Positions 54,438-64,000 of a DNA stretch of 64,000 nt are shown here, one piece after another. Location of the stretch: contig CBDFJR010000005.1 of the NCBI GenBank assembly GCA_965248535.1, positions 1,568,001 through 1,632,000 of the forward strand, in the 5' to 3' direction. This stretch comes from Phormidesmis sp. (GTDB taxonomy: Bacteria; Cyanobacteriota; Cyanobacteriia; Leptolyngbyales; Leptolyngbyaceae). Within the stretch, counting starts at the first letter, position 1. Each line of letters begins with the position of its first letter. The notes beneath the pieces are model-generated. The model searched no databases and was not told the DNA's origin. It was given only the letters and a program-made list of their open reading frames with translations. Made by a program: the position numbers and the translations under genes.

Positions 54438-55463
54438 ATGACTGAACGTAAACTGTCGGCTTCCACGGTTCAAAAACGAGTATGTCAGAGTTCTTTACTG
54501 CTGTATGGACTCGGTTGGACGGTGGGTTCGGGCTTTTTGAGCGGTGGCGTGACCCTCGCCCAAACTCCGACACCCGCAGCGCAGTCTCCGATCGTCATAG
54601 ACTTGGTTCCGAAGACTCCTTCATCGACTCCGACTCCGGCGGCGATCGCTCCTGAACTGTCGGCTCCAGAATTTTCGACTTCAGTCGCGCCTAGATCCGC
54701 CACTCCCGCCGATGGAGGAGACCTGTTTATCGATCGCACCAGCTACAGCTTAGGAGCCACCGAGCGTCGCGACCCAGCTTTAGAAACGGCAGCCAATCGC
54801 CCGATCGGGGTTGATCGAGAGGGCGTTCCGGTGAGTGCGCCTGCTGTGCATCTCGGTTCGGTTAATGTCTCATCTAGCGGCATTGGTTGGAGTGCGGCTC
54901 CAGGGAGCACGACCCCGATCGGGCGAGAATATAGCACCGTGCGCGACTACTACAACCGCACCATTCGTCCTCCTGCCCGCCTAGGCAATGGCAATATTCG
55001 ACTCATCTTTCCGCTCTCGATTCCCTCGGCGATCACCTCTGTCTTTGGCTGGCGCGTTCACCCGATCACGGGCGACAGCCGCTTCCACTCTGGCACCGAT
55101 TTAGGCGCGCCAATGGGCACCCCAGTTTTAGCCGCCTATGCAGGTCAGGTGGCGTTTGCAGACTTTTTGGGGGGCTATGGGCTGGCAGTGGCACTCAATC
55201 ACAATCAGGGCACTCAGCAGACTCTCTATGGTCACTTATCAGAGATCTTTGTCAAACCGGGCGATCTTGTGCAGCAAGGAATGGTGATCGGGCGAGTCGG
55301 CAGCACCGGGGCCTCGACCGGGCCTCACTTGCACTTTGAGTTTCGTCAGTTGACCACAGAAGGCTGGGTGGCGATGGATGCCGGAACCCAGCTAGAAACC
55401 TCATTAGCCGATTTAGTGAAAGCGTTGCAGGTTGCTCAGTCCTCTGCAAAACCGACTCAATAG
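54438..55463 (+). CDS. M23 family metallopeptidase
   Basis: HSGTDLGAP, YGHL, STGPHLHFE. Confidence 0.92.
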   Translation: MTERKLSASTVQKRVCQSSLLLYGLGWTVGSGFLSGGVTLAQTPTPAAQSPIVIDLVPKTPSSTPTPAAIAPELSAPEFSTSVAPRSATPADGGDLFIDRTSYSLGATERRDPALETAANRPIGVDREGVPVSAPAVHLGSVNVSSSGIGWSAAPGSTTPIGREYSTVRDYYNRTIRPPARLGNGNIRLIFPLSIPSAITSVFGWRVHPITGDSRFHSGTDLGAPMGTPVLAAYAGQVAFADFLGGYGLAVALNHNQGTQQTLYGHLSEIFVKPGDLVQQGMVIGRVGSTGASTGPHLHFEFRQLTTEGWVAMDAGTQLETSLADLVKALQVAQSSAKPTQ

Positions 55464-55580
55464 CCCGTTGAGAACAGCGGCGGGTGTTCGAGTCGGGATC
55501 GTTCTCCCGGTAGATAGGTAGATCTATCATTGGTCTGATAATAGATCGTGTTGACCGTCACGTTGAGCCGACTTGTCTAA

Positions 55581-57350
55581 ATGATTGACGCGCTGCCGCC
55601 TGAACGTTTGCCCTCAATTCCCCTCCCTGCTAACGAAGTCAACCGACTGGAGGCGTTGCGGCGATATCGCATTCTTGATACCCCGACTGAGGTTGCCTTT
55701 GATCGCATCACAACCCTGGCAGCACGACTGTTTGATGTGCCGATCGTGCTGGTTTCGTTAGTCGATCACTCCCGGGCCTGGTTTAAGTCAAGCTATGGGT
55801 TTGATCTCTGCGAAGTGCCGCGAGGCGATGCGATGTGCAATTTTTCGTTGCTCTCTACCGATGTTCTCGTCGTTCCTGACACTCGCAAAGACGATCGCTT
55901 TGCTTGCAACCCGTTTGCCGTTAGTGAACCGGGGGTTCGGTTTTATGCAGGCGCGCCTCTGGTGACGCATGATGGCTATAACCTGGGCACTCTCTGCTTG
56001 CTAGACGGCAACCCGCGAGAGGCGTTAAGCGACGACCAAAGAGCGACGCTGGTTGATCTAGCTGCTATGGTGGTCGATGAGTTAGAGCTGCGGCTGGCGG
56101 CCAAAAAAATTGCCCAGACCGATGCTGCCCTGATGACAGTCACTCAAGGCGTTTCGACCGTGACGGGCAACGCCTTTTTTCAGGCGCTCGTGCAGCACTT
56201 TGCTAATGTTTTAGACGTTAACTATGCTTATATTGGGCTGGTGACTAATCAGAACAACGAAGCCATTCACACGATCGCGGTGTGCGCCCAGGGCGAGATT
56301 AGCGAAAATTTTGACTATTTGCTCAAAGACACTCCCTGCCAAGCCGTGATCGCAAAACGCGCTATTTGCTGCTATCCGCATCAAGTGCAGGCGCTGTTTC
56401 CTGATGCGCCTTTATTGGCTCCTTTCAAGATCGAAAGCTATATTGCGATTCCCTTTTTTGACTCTAGGGGAGTGGCGATCGGGCTGTTGAGCGTCATGGA
56501 TGTTAAGCCTTTAGAAAATGTGTATCTTGCAGAGTCACTGCTGACGGTTTTTGCCCTGAGAATTGCCACTGAGCTAGAGCGCCAACAAACTGAGGAAGTT
56601 CGCGCCCAGATGCTGTCCCGTGAGCAGCAGGCCCGTGCCCAGGCCGAAACCGCTAACCGCATGAAAGATGAATTTTTAGCCATTCTGTCTCACGAATTGC
56701 GAACTCCGCTGAACCCAATTTTGGGCTGGGCAAGACTGCTGCGGACGCGATCGTTTGATGCCACGAGAACCCAACAAGCGCTAGAAACGATCGAGCGCAA
56801 TGCTCTCTTGCAGACGCAACTGATTGATGATTTATTAGATATCTCGCGCATTGTGCAGGGCAAACTCAGTCTGACCATCGCCGCAGTGGATCTGAATGTG
56901 ACGATTCGATCGGCGATCGACACCCTGCAATTAGCGGCCCAGGCTAAGGCGATCGCGGTTAAATTTGAACCGCGATCGCGGTCGATCTGGGTGTCAGGCG
57001 ATGCCAACCGTCTTCAGCAAGTGGTCTGGAATCTGTTGTCAAATGCCGTCAAATTTACGCCCGCCGGGGGAAAAATTGTCGTTAACTTAATGCAGGCTGC
57101 TGATCAGGCTCAGATTCAAGTCAGCGACACCGGAAAGGGGATCAGGGGCGACTTTTTGCCGTTTGTGTTTGAGTCTTTTCGGCAAGCTGATAGTGCGACG
57201 ACGCGACAGTTTGGTGGGCTAGGGTTGGGTCTAGCGATCGTGCGGCAATTGGTCGAATCCCACGGGGGCACCATTGAAGTTGATAGCCCAGGAGAAGGAC
57301 AGGGAGCCGTTTTCACGCTGAAGCTGCCGCTGCCAAACGCACCAGACTAA
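55581..57350 (+). CDS. GAF-GAF sensor histidine kinase
   Basis: [22 protein letters not shown]-box [26 protein letters not shown]. Confidence 0.93.
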   Translation: MIDALPPERLPSIPLPANEVNRLEALRRYRILDTPTEVAFDRITTLAARLFDVPIVLVSLVDHSRAWFKSSYGFDLCEVPRGDAMCNFSLLSTDVLVVPDTRKDDRFACNPFAVSEPGVRFYAGAPLVTHDGYNLGTLCLLDGNPREALSDDQRATLVDLAAMVVDELELRLAAKKIAQTDAALMTVTQGVSTVTGNAFFQALVQHFANVLDVNYAYIGLVTNQNNEAIHTIAVCAQGEISENFDYLLKDTPCQAVIAKRAICCYPHQVQALFPDAPLLAPFKIESYIAIPFFDSRGVAIGLLSVMDVKPLENVYLAESLLTVFALRIATELERQQTEEVRAQMLSREQQARAQAETANRMKDEFLAILSHELRTPLNPILGWARLLRTRSFDATRTQQALETIERNALLQTQLIDDLLDISRIVQGKLSLTIAAVDLNVTIRSAIDTLQLAAQAKAIAVKFEPRSRSIWVSGDANRLQQVVWNLLSNAVKFTPAGGKIVVNLMQAADQAQIQVSDTGKGIRGDFLPFVFESFRQADSATTRQFGGLGLGLAIVRQLVESHGGTIEVDSPGEGQGAVFTLKLPLPNAPD

Positions 57351-57396
57351 CTGCAAGTTTAGCGATGAATTCAAGTCTCAAGTGCACAACTGAACG

Positions 57397-58071
57397 TTAT
57401 TGAGCGATCGCCTCAAAGGCAATATCCATCAAGGGCGACTGCTGCCAGTCTTTTGCGTCAAAGTGCCACCACTCGGTTTGCAAAGGGATAAACCCGCGTT
57501 TGATCATAGCTGATTCTAGGGTCTGGCGATTTTTTTTAGCTGTCTGGCTGATAGGGTTGTAGTCACGATGAGCACGATCGCTAAAATCATCAAATCCTGT
57601 TGGCATTTCTAATTCTTTGCCAGACTTGTCTACGAGAGTGACATCTACCGCAGATCCCCGATTGTGTCTCGATCCCTTCGCAGGGTTTGCAACGTAGAGA
57701 TCATTGTGCACGATCTTCCACATAATCCTCTGCACAGATAGAGGACGATAGCAATCATATACTTTTAAGCTTAACGATTGCGATTCTAAATCTGTTTGCA
57801 CTTGTGATAAGTCATTGGCAACTTTCGGCTTTAATAAACACCGAGCTTGTCGATAAAGCTGCTGTTTGGTGAAATTATTTTTAGTCGCATATCGAATGTC
57901 TAATTTGATAGTTGAGTTAACTGATCGGATGTCTACTAACTTGGCGGGCGGTGGCACGATCGCCCGCACAGAAGGTTGCGCTTGGTGGATGATCACTAGC
58001 GATATCAGCAGCGCCAGCACAACGTTAAGCCAATTTCTAATCTTGTTCTTAATCCTAAAAGTTTTGTCCAT
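57397..58071 (-). CDS. ddpX: D-Ala-D-Ala dipeptidase (M15, VanX/DdpX-like)
   Basis: YDCYRP, SRHNRGSAVD, EWWHF. Confidence 0.9.
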   Translation of the reverse strand: MDKTFRIKNKIRNWLNVVLALLISLVIIHQAQPSVRAIVPPPAKLVDIRSVNSTIKLDIRYATKNNFTKQQLYRQARCLLKPKVANDLSQVQTDLESQSLSLKVYDCYRPLSVQRIMWKIVHNDLYVANPAKGSRHNRGSAVDVTLVDKSGKELEMPTGFDDFSDRAHRDYNPISQTAKKNRQTLESAMIKRGFIPLQTEWWHFDAKDWQQSPLMDIAFEAIAQ

Positions 58072-58256
58072 TTCTATAAATCTGAAGGGCATAAATCGCT
58101 GGGCAAAGGTGATTAAAGCGGTAATTAACGGTGTATAGTTTCAGGCTTTTGCTGAGTTTTATGGGAGCGATCGTGAAATAAATTTCTCTATCTGTCAACT
58201 ATTTCTAATCTGTAGAGTTCCCGCAGAACGTCTCTTTAATGCACTGACTCTCACCT

Positions 58257-58281
58257 GTAAGGGCATGGCATCGCCGTGCCC
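58257..58281 (+). repeat. REP-like palindrome, copy 2
   Basis: GTAAGGGCATGGCATCGCCGTGCCC hairpin preceded by GTA. Confidence 0.6.
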
Positions 58282-58359
58282 ATTGTCTATGCTAACGACG
58301 GATCGGAGTTCATCGACGGCTCTTGGCAAGGAGCAGCGATCGGGTCACCTCTCAGCCTT

Positions 58360-58938
58360 TTATTTGCCCATTTTTCGCTTCATCTGATCAAGCTCTTCTT
58401 GGGCTTCCCAGCGCTTAAACTCTTGCTCAAGGGGGTCAGCCGAACTGTGAATATAGGTCGCGTTTTGATCTTGATTCCAGCCGTTCACAGCCCACCGGGT
58501 TTCGGTCTGCGCTGCACGAGCCGCCTGAGCCTCGGTGATTTTAGTTTGCACTTCTTGGCGACGGGTCTGAATCTGCTGCTGCAACTCTTCAGTCTGCTTG
58601 AGGCGCTGTTTGAGAATCTCCATTTGGCCCCATTTTTGATTGCCTTCTCGCAGCAAGCCCGCCTCGTGGGCCTGAGCAGGTTCAGCCAGGTCGAGCCTGC
58701 CAGCCGCTTTTGCTTTCTCAATGCGAAGGTGCCAGCGCTGAATTTCTTGAGCCGTCGCCAAAATCTCATCTTGAAGCTGCTTTTCGTTGAGCCGCAAGTC
58801 TGCCATCAGTCGCCGCGTCTCTTGCTCCTGTTCTCGCAGTTTTTCTTCGAGCGCCTGCAACTCTAAATGAGGGTTATTTCGCAAAAACTCATCAAGTCGA
58901 GCTTCGAGAAATCGACTGAAATCATCAAACAGACCCAT
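58360..58938 (-). CDS. Coiled-coil protein, TIGR04376/PspA-like
   Basis: MGLFDDFSRFLEARLDEFLRNNPHLEL; AKAAGRLDLA; DPLEQEFKRWE. Confidence 0.8.
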   Translation of the reverse strand: MGLFDDFSRFLEARLDEFLRNNPHLELQALEEKLREQEQETRRLMADLRLNEKQLQDEILATAQEIQRWHLRIEKAKAAGRLDLAEPAQAHEAGLLREGNQKWGQMEILKQRLKQTEELQQQIQTRRQEVQTKITEAQAARAAQTETRWAVNGWNQDQNATYIHSSADPLEQEFKRWEAQEELDQMKRKMGK

Positions 58939-59002
58939 GATCGCAACTCCTGCAATGGTGAAGGGTGAATGGCGATCGTCGCGCCACCCACTGATCGCTA
59001 TT

Positions 59003-60079
59003 TTAGAGTTTCTGCCCGGCGGAGATCGTTCTAACTTCCCCGTTTCGGCGCACGGTGACATATTGTTTAGACACTTCGACCAGGTTCCAGCCGCTCGACC
59101 CAATACTTTCACCCACGTAGTAGCGCTGAGTGATGCCATTCAACTCAAATAAAGCCGCCGATCGTGAGGGGTCTGAGCCTTCTAGAACCCCAACTAGGGT
59201 GCGCTGAGGGGCCACGGGTTCAGGATTAGCTTGGGGCACAGAGCGCGCTTGAGGCTGCAACGTGACGGGGCGATTGGCGGTGGGCGAAAGGCGCTCTAAC
59301 ACACTGGCCAGCCGACCCAAGATCTGGTTTAGCTCTCGGCGAGAGGGGTCAACGGGGCTGGAGGCTTGAGGCACGGTGACCACGATCGGAGACGTTTTGG
59401 GCAACGGCACCGACGATCGCAGCGGCGGCTGATTAGCAGGCACCGGAACCGTGGGCAGCCCGCTATTATAAGGCGCGGTGGGCAGTCCTTCTGCTTTTCC
59501 GGTGGCGGCTTTGCGATCGATGGCTTCGAGCGATCGCTGCACATAGTCAGAAAACTGCGGGTTGGTGTCTACCTGGGGAGTTGGAGCGATCGTCGTGGGC
59601 ACGATCGTCTCAGGGAGCGGAGTCAACGCGGTCACAAATCGGCTAGCTAGCCCACTCGTCACGAGCCAAACGGTTAACGCTGCGACAGCAGACGTGCATC
59701 CTGTGATGATCAAGAAGCGAGTAAACCCATTTCCCCGATCGCTGGGCGGCGGTTGGGTATTCACCAATTCACCCAGATCGGGCAGCGTGGAGGGATCGCG
59801 TTCAGGTTGCGGCTGCGGGCGAGTCAGCAGGCCAGACGAGAGAGGCGGCGGAGCAAGATTGAGCTTAGGTCGGGGAGCGGGCGCTTCCACCCGCACTGGC
59901 TCAGAAGGAGGAACGGCCCCGTCGAGCAAGCGATCGACATCACCAAACAGGTCATCCATCAAGCGATCGGCGTAAGACTCGACCAAAAATGGCTCAGGCA
60001 GCGAATCTACGCCTGAAGTCCGCGAGTCATCATGGGTAGGATCGAGAAGCGGTTTGGGGTTTGTGACGGGTTGAGTCAT
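59003..60079 (-). CDS. Single-TM Pro-rich protein with possible PilP/GspC-like C-terminal domain
   Basis: YADRLMDDLF, one TM helix, C-terminal LVGVLE..AALFEL..YYVGESIGSSGW. Confidence 0.6.
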   Translation of the reverse strand: MTQPVTNPKPLLDPTHDDSRTSGVDSLPEPFLVESYADRLMDDLFGDVDRLLDGAVPPSEPVRVEAPAPRPKLNLAPPPLSSGLLTRPQPQPERDPSTLPDLGELVNTQPPPSDRGNGFTRFLIITGCTSAVAALTVWLVTSGLASRFVTALTPLPETIVPTTIAPTPQVDTNPQFSDYVQRSLEAIDRKAATGKAEGLPTAPYNSGLPTVPVPANQPPLRSSVPLPKTSPIVVTVPQASSPVDPSRRELNQILGRLASVLERLSPTANRPVTLQPQARSVPQANPEPVAPQRTLVGVLEGSDPSRSAALFELNGITQRYYVGESIGSSGWNLVEVSKQYVTVRRNGEVRTISAGQKL

Positions 60080-60364
60080 AGCTTTCTTGCTGATGTCGAT
60101 CAAAACGGACGATTGACTGCAAATGCACCTTTAGGATAATGATTAAACTAATGAGCAACCGTTTAGGCTGATCTTGATCACAGGTGTTGTCGGCGTTTGA
60201 AGAGACGATCCCCACTCATAGCACTTAGTGAGGATAGCTCAAATGCCAAGTTAGCGCTAAATCCTGTACGAATTTTAATATTCGTTTGAGAATTATAGTC
60301 ACTCAAGCAGAGGGCGATGACATTTAGTGAAGAAGTTTAGTGGAATTCGGTGAAACCCGCGGAC

Positions 60365-60679
60365 TTATGGGTGTGAACTCAGTCCCGTAGTGCTACAGAG
60401 AATCTCGATCGCTTGGTCGGCGGTAATCAGTCGTTTTAAAACCACTTGCCCGATCGCCGGGTTAGGCATCGTCGCGGCAATCTCTAAACTTGGCTTGACC
60501 TCAACCATGAGAATGGCCTCTTCGACGCGATAGAGCCACAGCTTTTCGCCATTTTCCCAGAGGCAGAGGGTGGTTTGCTCAATTTCTGGGGTGCGCCTCC
60601 AGGCGATTTCGTTCCACAAGCCGCCGAGTTCCCAAATGCGACCGACAAACCAACCATCGGAGAGAAAAAAATACTTCAT
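60365..60679 (-). CDS. Conserved cyanobacterial hypothetical protein
   Basis: 104-aa ORF with upstream GAAGGGA; MKYFFLSDGW.VGRIWE, IGQVVLKRLI. Confidence 0.75.
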   Translation of the reverse strand: MKYFFLSDGWFVGRIWELGGLWNEIAWRRTPEIEQTTLCLWENGEKLWLYRVEEAILMVEVKPSLEIAATMPNPAIGQVVLKRLITADQAIEILCSTTGLSSHP

Positions 60680-60841
60680 CTATCCCTTCGAGAAGCTCAG
60701 ATTTGCTGTTCACCATAGCGCGACTCGCTAGAGTCTTAGACGAATTCTGTAGGATCTCTCAAGGAATTTGCCAAATTGAATCGGTTTCTAAAGGGTTGAT
60801 GAAGGAATTTTATGGGTGGGGGTTCACGGGCTGCGATCGCT

Positions 60842-61021
60842 TCAAATTTTCCCCTCTTCTTCCGCCTTCTTCAAACCGTCTCGAATCAACCTTTGAGCTG
60901 TTTTTCCTTCCGATCGCTCTTCTACTCTTGCCAGTTTTTTAAGCTTTTCGCTCTCGTCTTCCGTTAAAGGAACATTCAAACGCCGAGAAGATTCCTTTTT
61001 TTGCGGTTCATCTTGGTTCAT
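60842..61021 (-). CDS. Small ribbon-helix-helix (CopG/Arc-like) protein, 59 aa
   Basis: Hand translation MNQDEPQKKESSRRLNVPLTEDESEKLKKLARVEERSEGKTAQRLIRDGLKKAEEEGKI*. Confidence 0.75.
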   Translation of the reverse strand: MNQDEPQKKESSRRLNVPLTEDESEKLKKLARVEERSEGKTAQRLIRDGLKKAEEEGKI

Positions 61022-61250
61022 CTTTGCTCAATTAAGTGCTGCTTTGGTTCAAGAACGATCAAAAGTAGAAGCCAGTGCGTCCCGTGGAAAGTTCTGCACT
61101 GGCTTTTGCTCCAAACTCAATGTAGGAGACAGAAACATTATGTCGTATGCGATCGTTTAAGACGATAGGCAGTCTTTCGCTTGCTTGCAAAGTTGAATGC
61201 CAGCGCTAGCCGTTAAAATAGAGTCTGACCTTCTGCTGCACCCGATCGCC

Positions 61251-63158
61251 ATGAACGCTCCTGTAGATTTTATTGATGCCTATGATGTGGTGGTCGTCGG
61301 AGCCGGGCATTCAGGCTGTGAAGCAGCATTGGCTAGCGCTCGGCTCGGCTGTCGCACGCTGCTGCTGACCCTCAACCTCGATAAAATCGCGTGGCAACCG
61401 TGTAACCCGGCAGTGGGCGGCCCAGCCAAGTCGCAGTTGGTGCATGAAGTCGATGCGTTGGGGGGCGAAATTGGCAAAGTCAGCGATCGTACCTACCTGC
61501 AAAAGCGCATTCTCAACGCCTCAAGAGGCCCGGCAGTGTGGGCGCTGCGGGCGCAAACCGACAAGCGCGAATATGCGGCGGTGATGAAGAGCATTGTAGA
61601 AAATCAAGAGAATTTGACCATTCGCGAGGGCATGGCCACCGATCTTGTCTTGGGGGCAAACCAAGAAGTTAGAGGAGTGCAAACCTACTTTGGGGTAGCG
61701 TTTGAGTGCAAAGCTGTGGTGCTGACCACCGGGACTTTTCTGGGTGGAATGATCTGGGTCGGCAACAAGTCAATGGCCGCCGGACGAGCCGGAGAGTTTG
61801 CAGCCGTAGGCTTGACCGAGACTTTGAATCGATTGGGCTTTGAGACCGGACGCTTAAAAACCGGGACACCTGCTAGAGTCGATCGGCGATCGGTCAACTT
61901 TTCTCAACTCGAACCGCAGCCCGGAGACACAGAGATTCGCTGGTTTAGCTTTGACCCTGACGTGTGGGTTGAGCGCGAACAGATTCCCTGTCACCTGACG
62001 CGCACCACTGCCGAGACCCACCAAATTATTCGCGAAAACCTTCATCTCTCGCCCGTCTATGGCGGCTGGGTTGATTCTAAAGGGCCGCGCTATTGCCCCA
62101 GCATTGAAGACAAAATTGTCCGCTTTGCCGACAAAGAAAGCCATCAGATCTTTATCGAGCCAGAAGGACGCGACACTCCAGAGCTTTATATTCAAGGCTT
62201 TTCAACGGGGCTACCCGAAACGATTCAGCTAAAAATGTTGCGATCGCTCCCTGGTCTAGAAAACTGCGCGATGCTGCGTCCTGCTTATGCGGTCGATTAT
62301 GACTATCTGCCCGCGACGCAGTGCTACCCGACTCTGATGACCAAAAAAGTTGAGGGACTGTTTTGTGCGGGTCAAATTAACGGCACAACGGGCTATGAAG
62401 AAGCGGCCGCTCAAGGCTTGGTCGCGGGTGTCAACGCGGCTCGGTTTTGTCGTCATCAAGAGATGATCGTCTTTCCGCGTGAGCAGAGCTATATCGGGAC
62501 GCTGATCGATGATTTGTGCACTAAAGATCTGCGCGAACCTTATCGGGTGTTGACCTCACGATCGGAATATCGGTTACTCCTGCGATCGGACAATGCCGAT
62601 CAGCGTCTCACGTCCCTCGGTCGAGAGATTGGATTGATTGACGATCGTCGCTGGCAACTCTACACCACTAAGCAAGAAAATATCACGGCTGAAAAAGAGC
62701 GATTGCATGAGACACGCATCAAAGAACACGATGCGATTGGTCAAGCGATTGCTAAAAATACTGAGCAAGCGATTAAAGGATCAATCACTTTAGCAGAGCT
62801 TTTAAGGCGCTCTGGGTTTCACTATGTAGATTTAGATCGACATGGATTGGGAAACGCTGCCCTCGATCGCTCTGAACGAGAAGGTGCCGAAATTGACATC
62901 AAATATGCGGGCTACATTCAACGTCAGCAGCAGCAGATTGATCAAACGGCTCGTCAAGAACATCGCAAGTTGCCGGATGATTTGGACTATGCCGCGATCG
63001 CCACGCTTTCTAAAGAGTCGAGAGAGAAATTAGCCAAAGTCAAACCGATGACGATCGGGCAAGCAACTCGCATCGGGGGGGTCAACCCTGCGGATATTAA
63101 CGCGCTGCTGGTTTATTTAGAAATCCAATCTCGTCAAGCTGCGGAAGTGCTGACATGA
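61251..63158 (+). CDS. mnmG: tRNA uridine 5-carboxymethylaminomethyl modification enzyme
   Basis: [46 protein letters not shown]. Confidence 0.98.
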   Translation: MNAPVDFIDAYDVVVVGAGHSGCEAALASARLGCRTLLLTLNLDKIAWQPCNPAVGGPAKSQLVHEVDALGGEIGKVSDRTYLQKRILNASRGPAVWALRAQTDKREYAAVMKSIVENQENLTIREGMATDLVLGANQEVRGVQTYFGVAFECKAVVLTTGTFLGGMIWVGNKSMAAGRAGEFAAVGLTETLNRLGFETGRLKTGTPARVDRRSVNFSQLEPQPGDTEIRWFSFDPDVWVEREQIPCHLTRTTAETHQIIRENLHLSPVYGGWVDSKGPRYCPSIEDKIVRFADKESHQIFIEPEGRDTPELYIQGFSTGLPETIQLKMLRSLPGLENCAMLRPAYAVDYDYLPATQCYPTLMTKKVEGLFCAGQINGTTGYEEAAAQGLVAGVNAARFCRHQEMIVFPREQSYIGTLIDDLCTKDLREPYRVLTSRSEYRLLLRSDNADQRLTSLGREIGLIDDRRWQLYTTKQENITAEKERLHETRIKEHDAIGQAIAKNTEQAIKGSITLAELLRRSGFHYVDLDRHGLGNAALDRSEREGAEIDIKYAGYIQRQQQQIDQTARQEHRKLPDDLDYAAIATLSKESREKLAKVKPMTIGQATRIGGVNPADINALLVYLEIQSRQAAEVLT

Positions 63159-63251
63159 CAGCCTACACAATCAATTTCAATCCTGTAATCCAGGATCAGC
63201 TTTGTCGGGCAAATCCAGAGATGAAGTTTGAGCGCAATACCCAACGAGAAC
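63155..63251 (+). pseudogene. Uma2-family endonuclease 5' fragment, interrupted
   Basis: [32 protein letters not shown] resembles cyanobacterial Uma2 N-termini; similarity ends at the attC crossover. Confidence 0.7.
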
Positions 63252-63330
63252 AGCTAAGTTGGGCGGCGGCTAGCATCCATTACTTCCTCACCAGGAGTTT
63301 TTGCTCGTCTGCTCCAACGTGTTGTTATAC
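63245..63330 (-). mobile_element. Integron attC recombination site
   Basis: Minus strand: R'' GTATAAC - AACAC - L'' GTTGGAGC AG A CG AGCA ... TGCT AGC CG CC L' GCCCAAC - TTAGCT - R' GTTCTCG. Confidence 0.78.
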
Positions 63331-63481
63331 CGGGCTTTCGCGACAAGTTAACGACTTCTCTGCCGCTTTCTGCTTCCTTCTTGCGTAGGTCTGCAAAGAT
63401 TGCGTCCAAATCGTAGTTGAAGGATTTCGCATACTCTTCACGGATTCGGTGGATCTCTTCGACAATCTCATCTGTCCACAT
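63254..63481 (-). CDS. Putative antitoxin partner of the PIN toxin
   Basis: MWTDEIVEEIHRIREEYAKSFNYDLDAIFADL; C-terminus reads into attC. Confidence 0.75.
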   Translation of the reverse strand: MWTDEIVEEIHRIREEYAKSFNYDLDAIFADLRKKEAESGREVVNLSRKPGITTRWSRRAKTPGEEVMDASRRPT

Positions 63482-63484
63482 AAC

Positions 63485-63958
63485 CTAATCTCCCATTAGT
63501 TCATTGGGTGTGCACAGGATAGGCAACACATAGCCAAAATCTAGACTAATCTCCGCCAACTTCCTCTGCATTTGGGCATTGGCGATATGTTTGCAATTCC
63601 ACGTTAACAGATAATCCATGCCGTGTATGGTAGCGGCAGCGATGTGGATCGCGTCCACCCTCGCCTTTGCAGGAAGACTACTTTGAGCGAGAAATTGCGC
63701 AGCTAAACCTTGTACGACTTGATTCAATGACAGCAAGGGAAAATTGCGCAGAATCTCCCGTCGTTGAGCAGCAATCTTTGCGTCCCCCTGTGCCACTTCC
63801 TCTAGAACCGCCTCCGAAGTGTAGAGAGTGAAGGCGTTTCGACGAGATTCCCACCAGTCTTTTGTGATCTCAATATTTGCAGCCAAGATCAGGTCTTTGG
63901 TTGACCTAGCAGTAAGGTATCCCAAGATACTAGTTTCGATATAGACAGTCTCGGTCAT
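63485..63958 (-). CDS. PIN-domain (VapC-like) toxin
   Basis: VYIETSILGYL, DAIHIAAA, YLLTWNCKHIAN. Confidence 0.9.
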   Translation of the reverse strand: MTETVYIETSILGYLTARSTKDLILAANIEITKDWWESRRNAFTLYTSEAVLEEVAQGDAKIAAQRREILRNFPLLSLNQVVQGLAAQFLAQSSLPAKARVDAIHIAAATIHGMDYLLTWNCKHIANAQMQRKLAEISLDFGYVLPILCTPNELMGD

Positions 63959-64000
63959 ATTTATTTAACTCACGACTATCGCTGGGAGACTCTCACCCCT

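Larger units (their letters stand above)
1..64000. repeat. HIP1 octamer (GCGATCGC) dispersed at high density
   Basis: Dozens of GCGATCGC copies in coding and intergenic DNA across the window; a known cyanobacterial hallmark. Confidence 0.95.

Noticed and set aside
55581..56600. GAF domains as a bilin photoreceptor
   Set aside because: No phytochrome or cyanobacteriochrome CH or DXCF/DIP motifs were seen; they look like generic GAF domains.
57345..57401. AAC-N5-GTT...AAC-N5-GTT pattern resembling a minimal attC between the histidine kinase and ddpX
   Set aside because: The L boxes pair poorly, there is no inner stem, and both outer boxes are explained by convergent TAA stop codons.
58276..58866. 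196-aa plus-strand ORF, and similar antisense ORFs over psbB, dnaK, tolC and mutS2
   Set aside because: Antisense shadows of well-supported genes with no recognisable motifs.

Overview
Chromosomal segment of a cyanobacterium; the dense HIP1 octamer GCGATCGC and the gene content fit a filamentous Leptolyngbya/Phormidesmis-like organism (inference). Most of it is core or conserved: codA, psbB-psbT, psbM, psbO, sigF, ilvN, mutS2, nadA, ycf30/rbcR, nnrU-trxC-ndhF1-ndhD1, a devH-like Crp, argS, dnaK3-dnaJ, a TetR-HlyD-ABC-TolC exporter and mnmG. Accessory or unexplained parts are: (i) a decayed IS605 at the left edge; (ii) a Ser/Thr kinase followed by three membrane-anchored ligand-binding proteins that share an N-terminal motif and have no transporter; (iii) a V4R/phycobiliprotein-like/ferredoxin/kinase cluster (like Synechocystis slr0144-0152) between ycf30 and nnrU, interrupted by a toxin-antitoxin (TA) pair; (iv) an ArgRS paralog lacking the catalytic domain; (v) an unannotated 59-aa ribbon-helix-helix (RHH) protein; and (vi) at the right edge, a PIN-toxin/antitoxin pair ending in a well-formed integron attC site whose crossover point falls where a Uma2 gene is broken, with no integrase in the window. 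Many single-base frameshifts (sigF, ndhF, dnaK, tetR, hlyD, kinase) are probably long-read indel errors. No rRNA, tRNA or CRISPR array was seen. Family assignments come from motif recognition only; no database searches were run.
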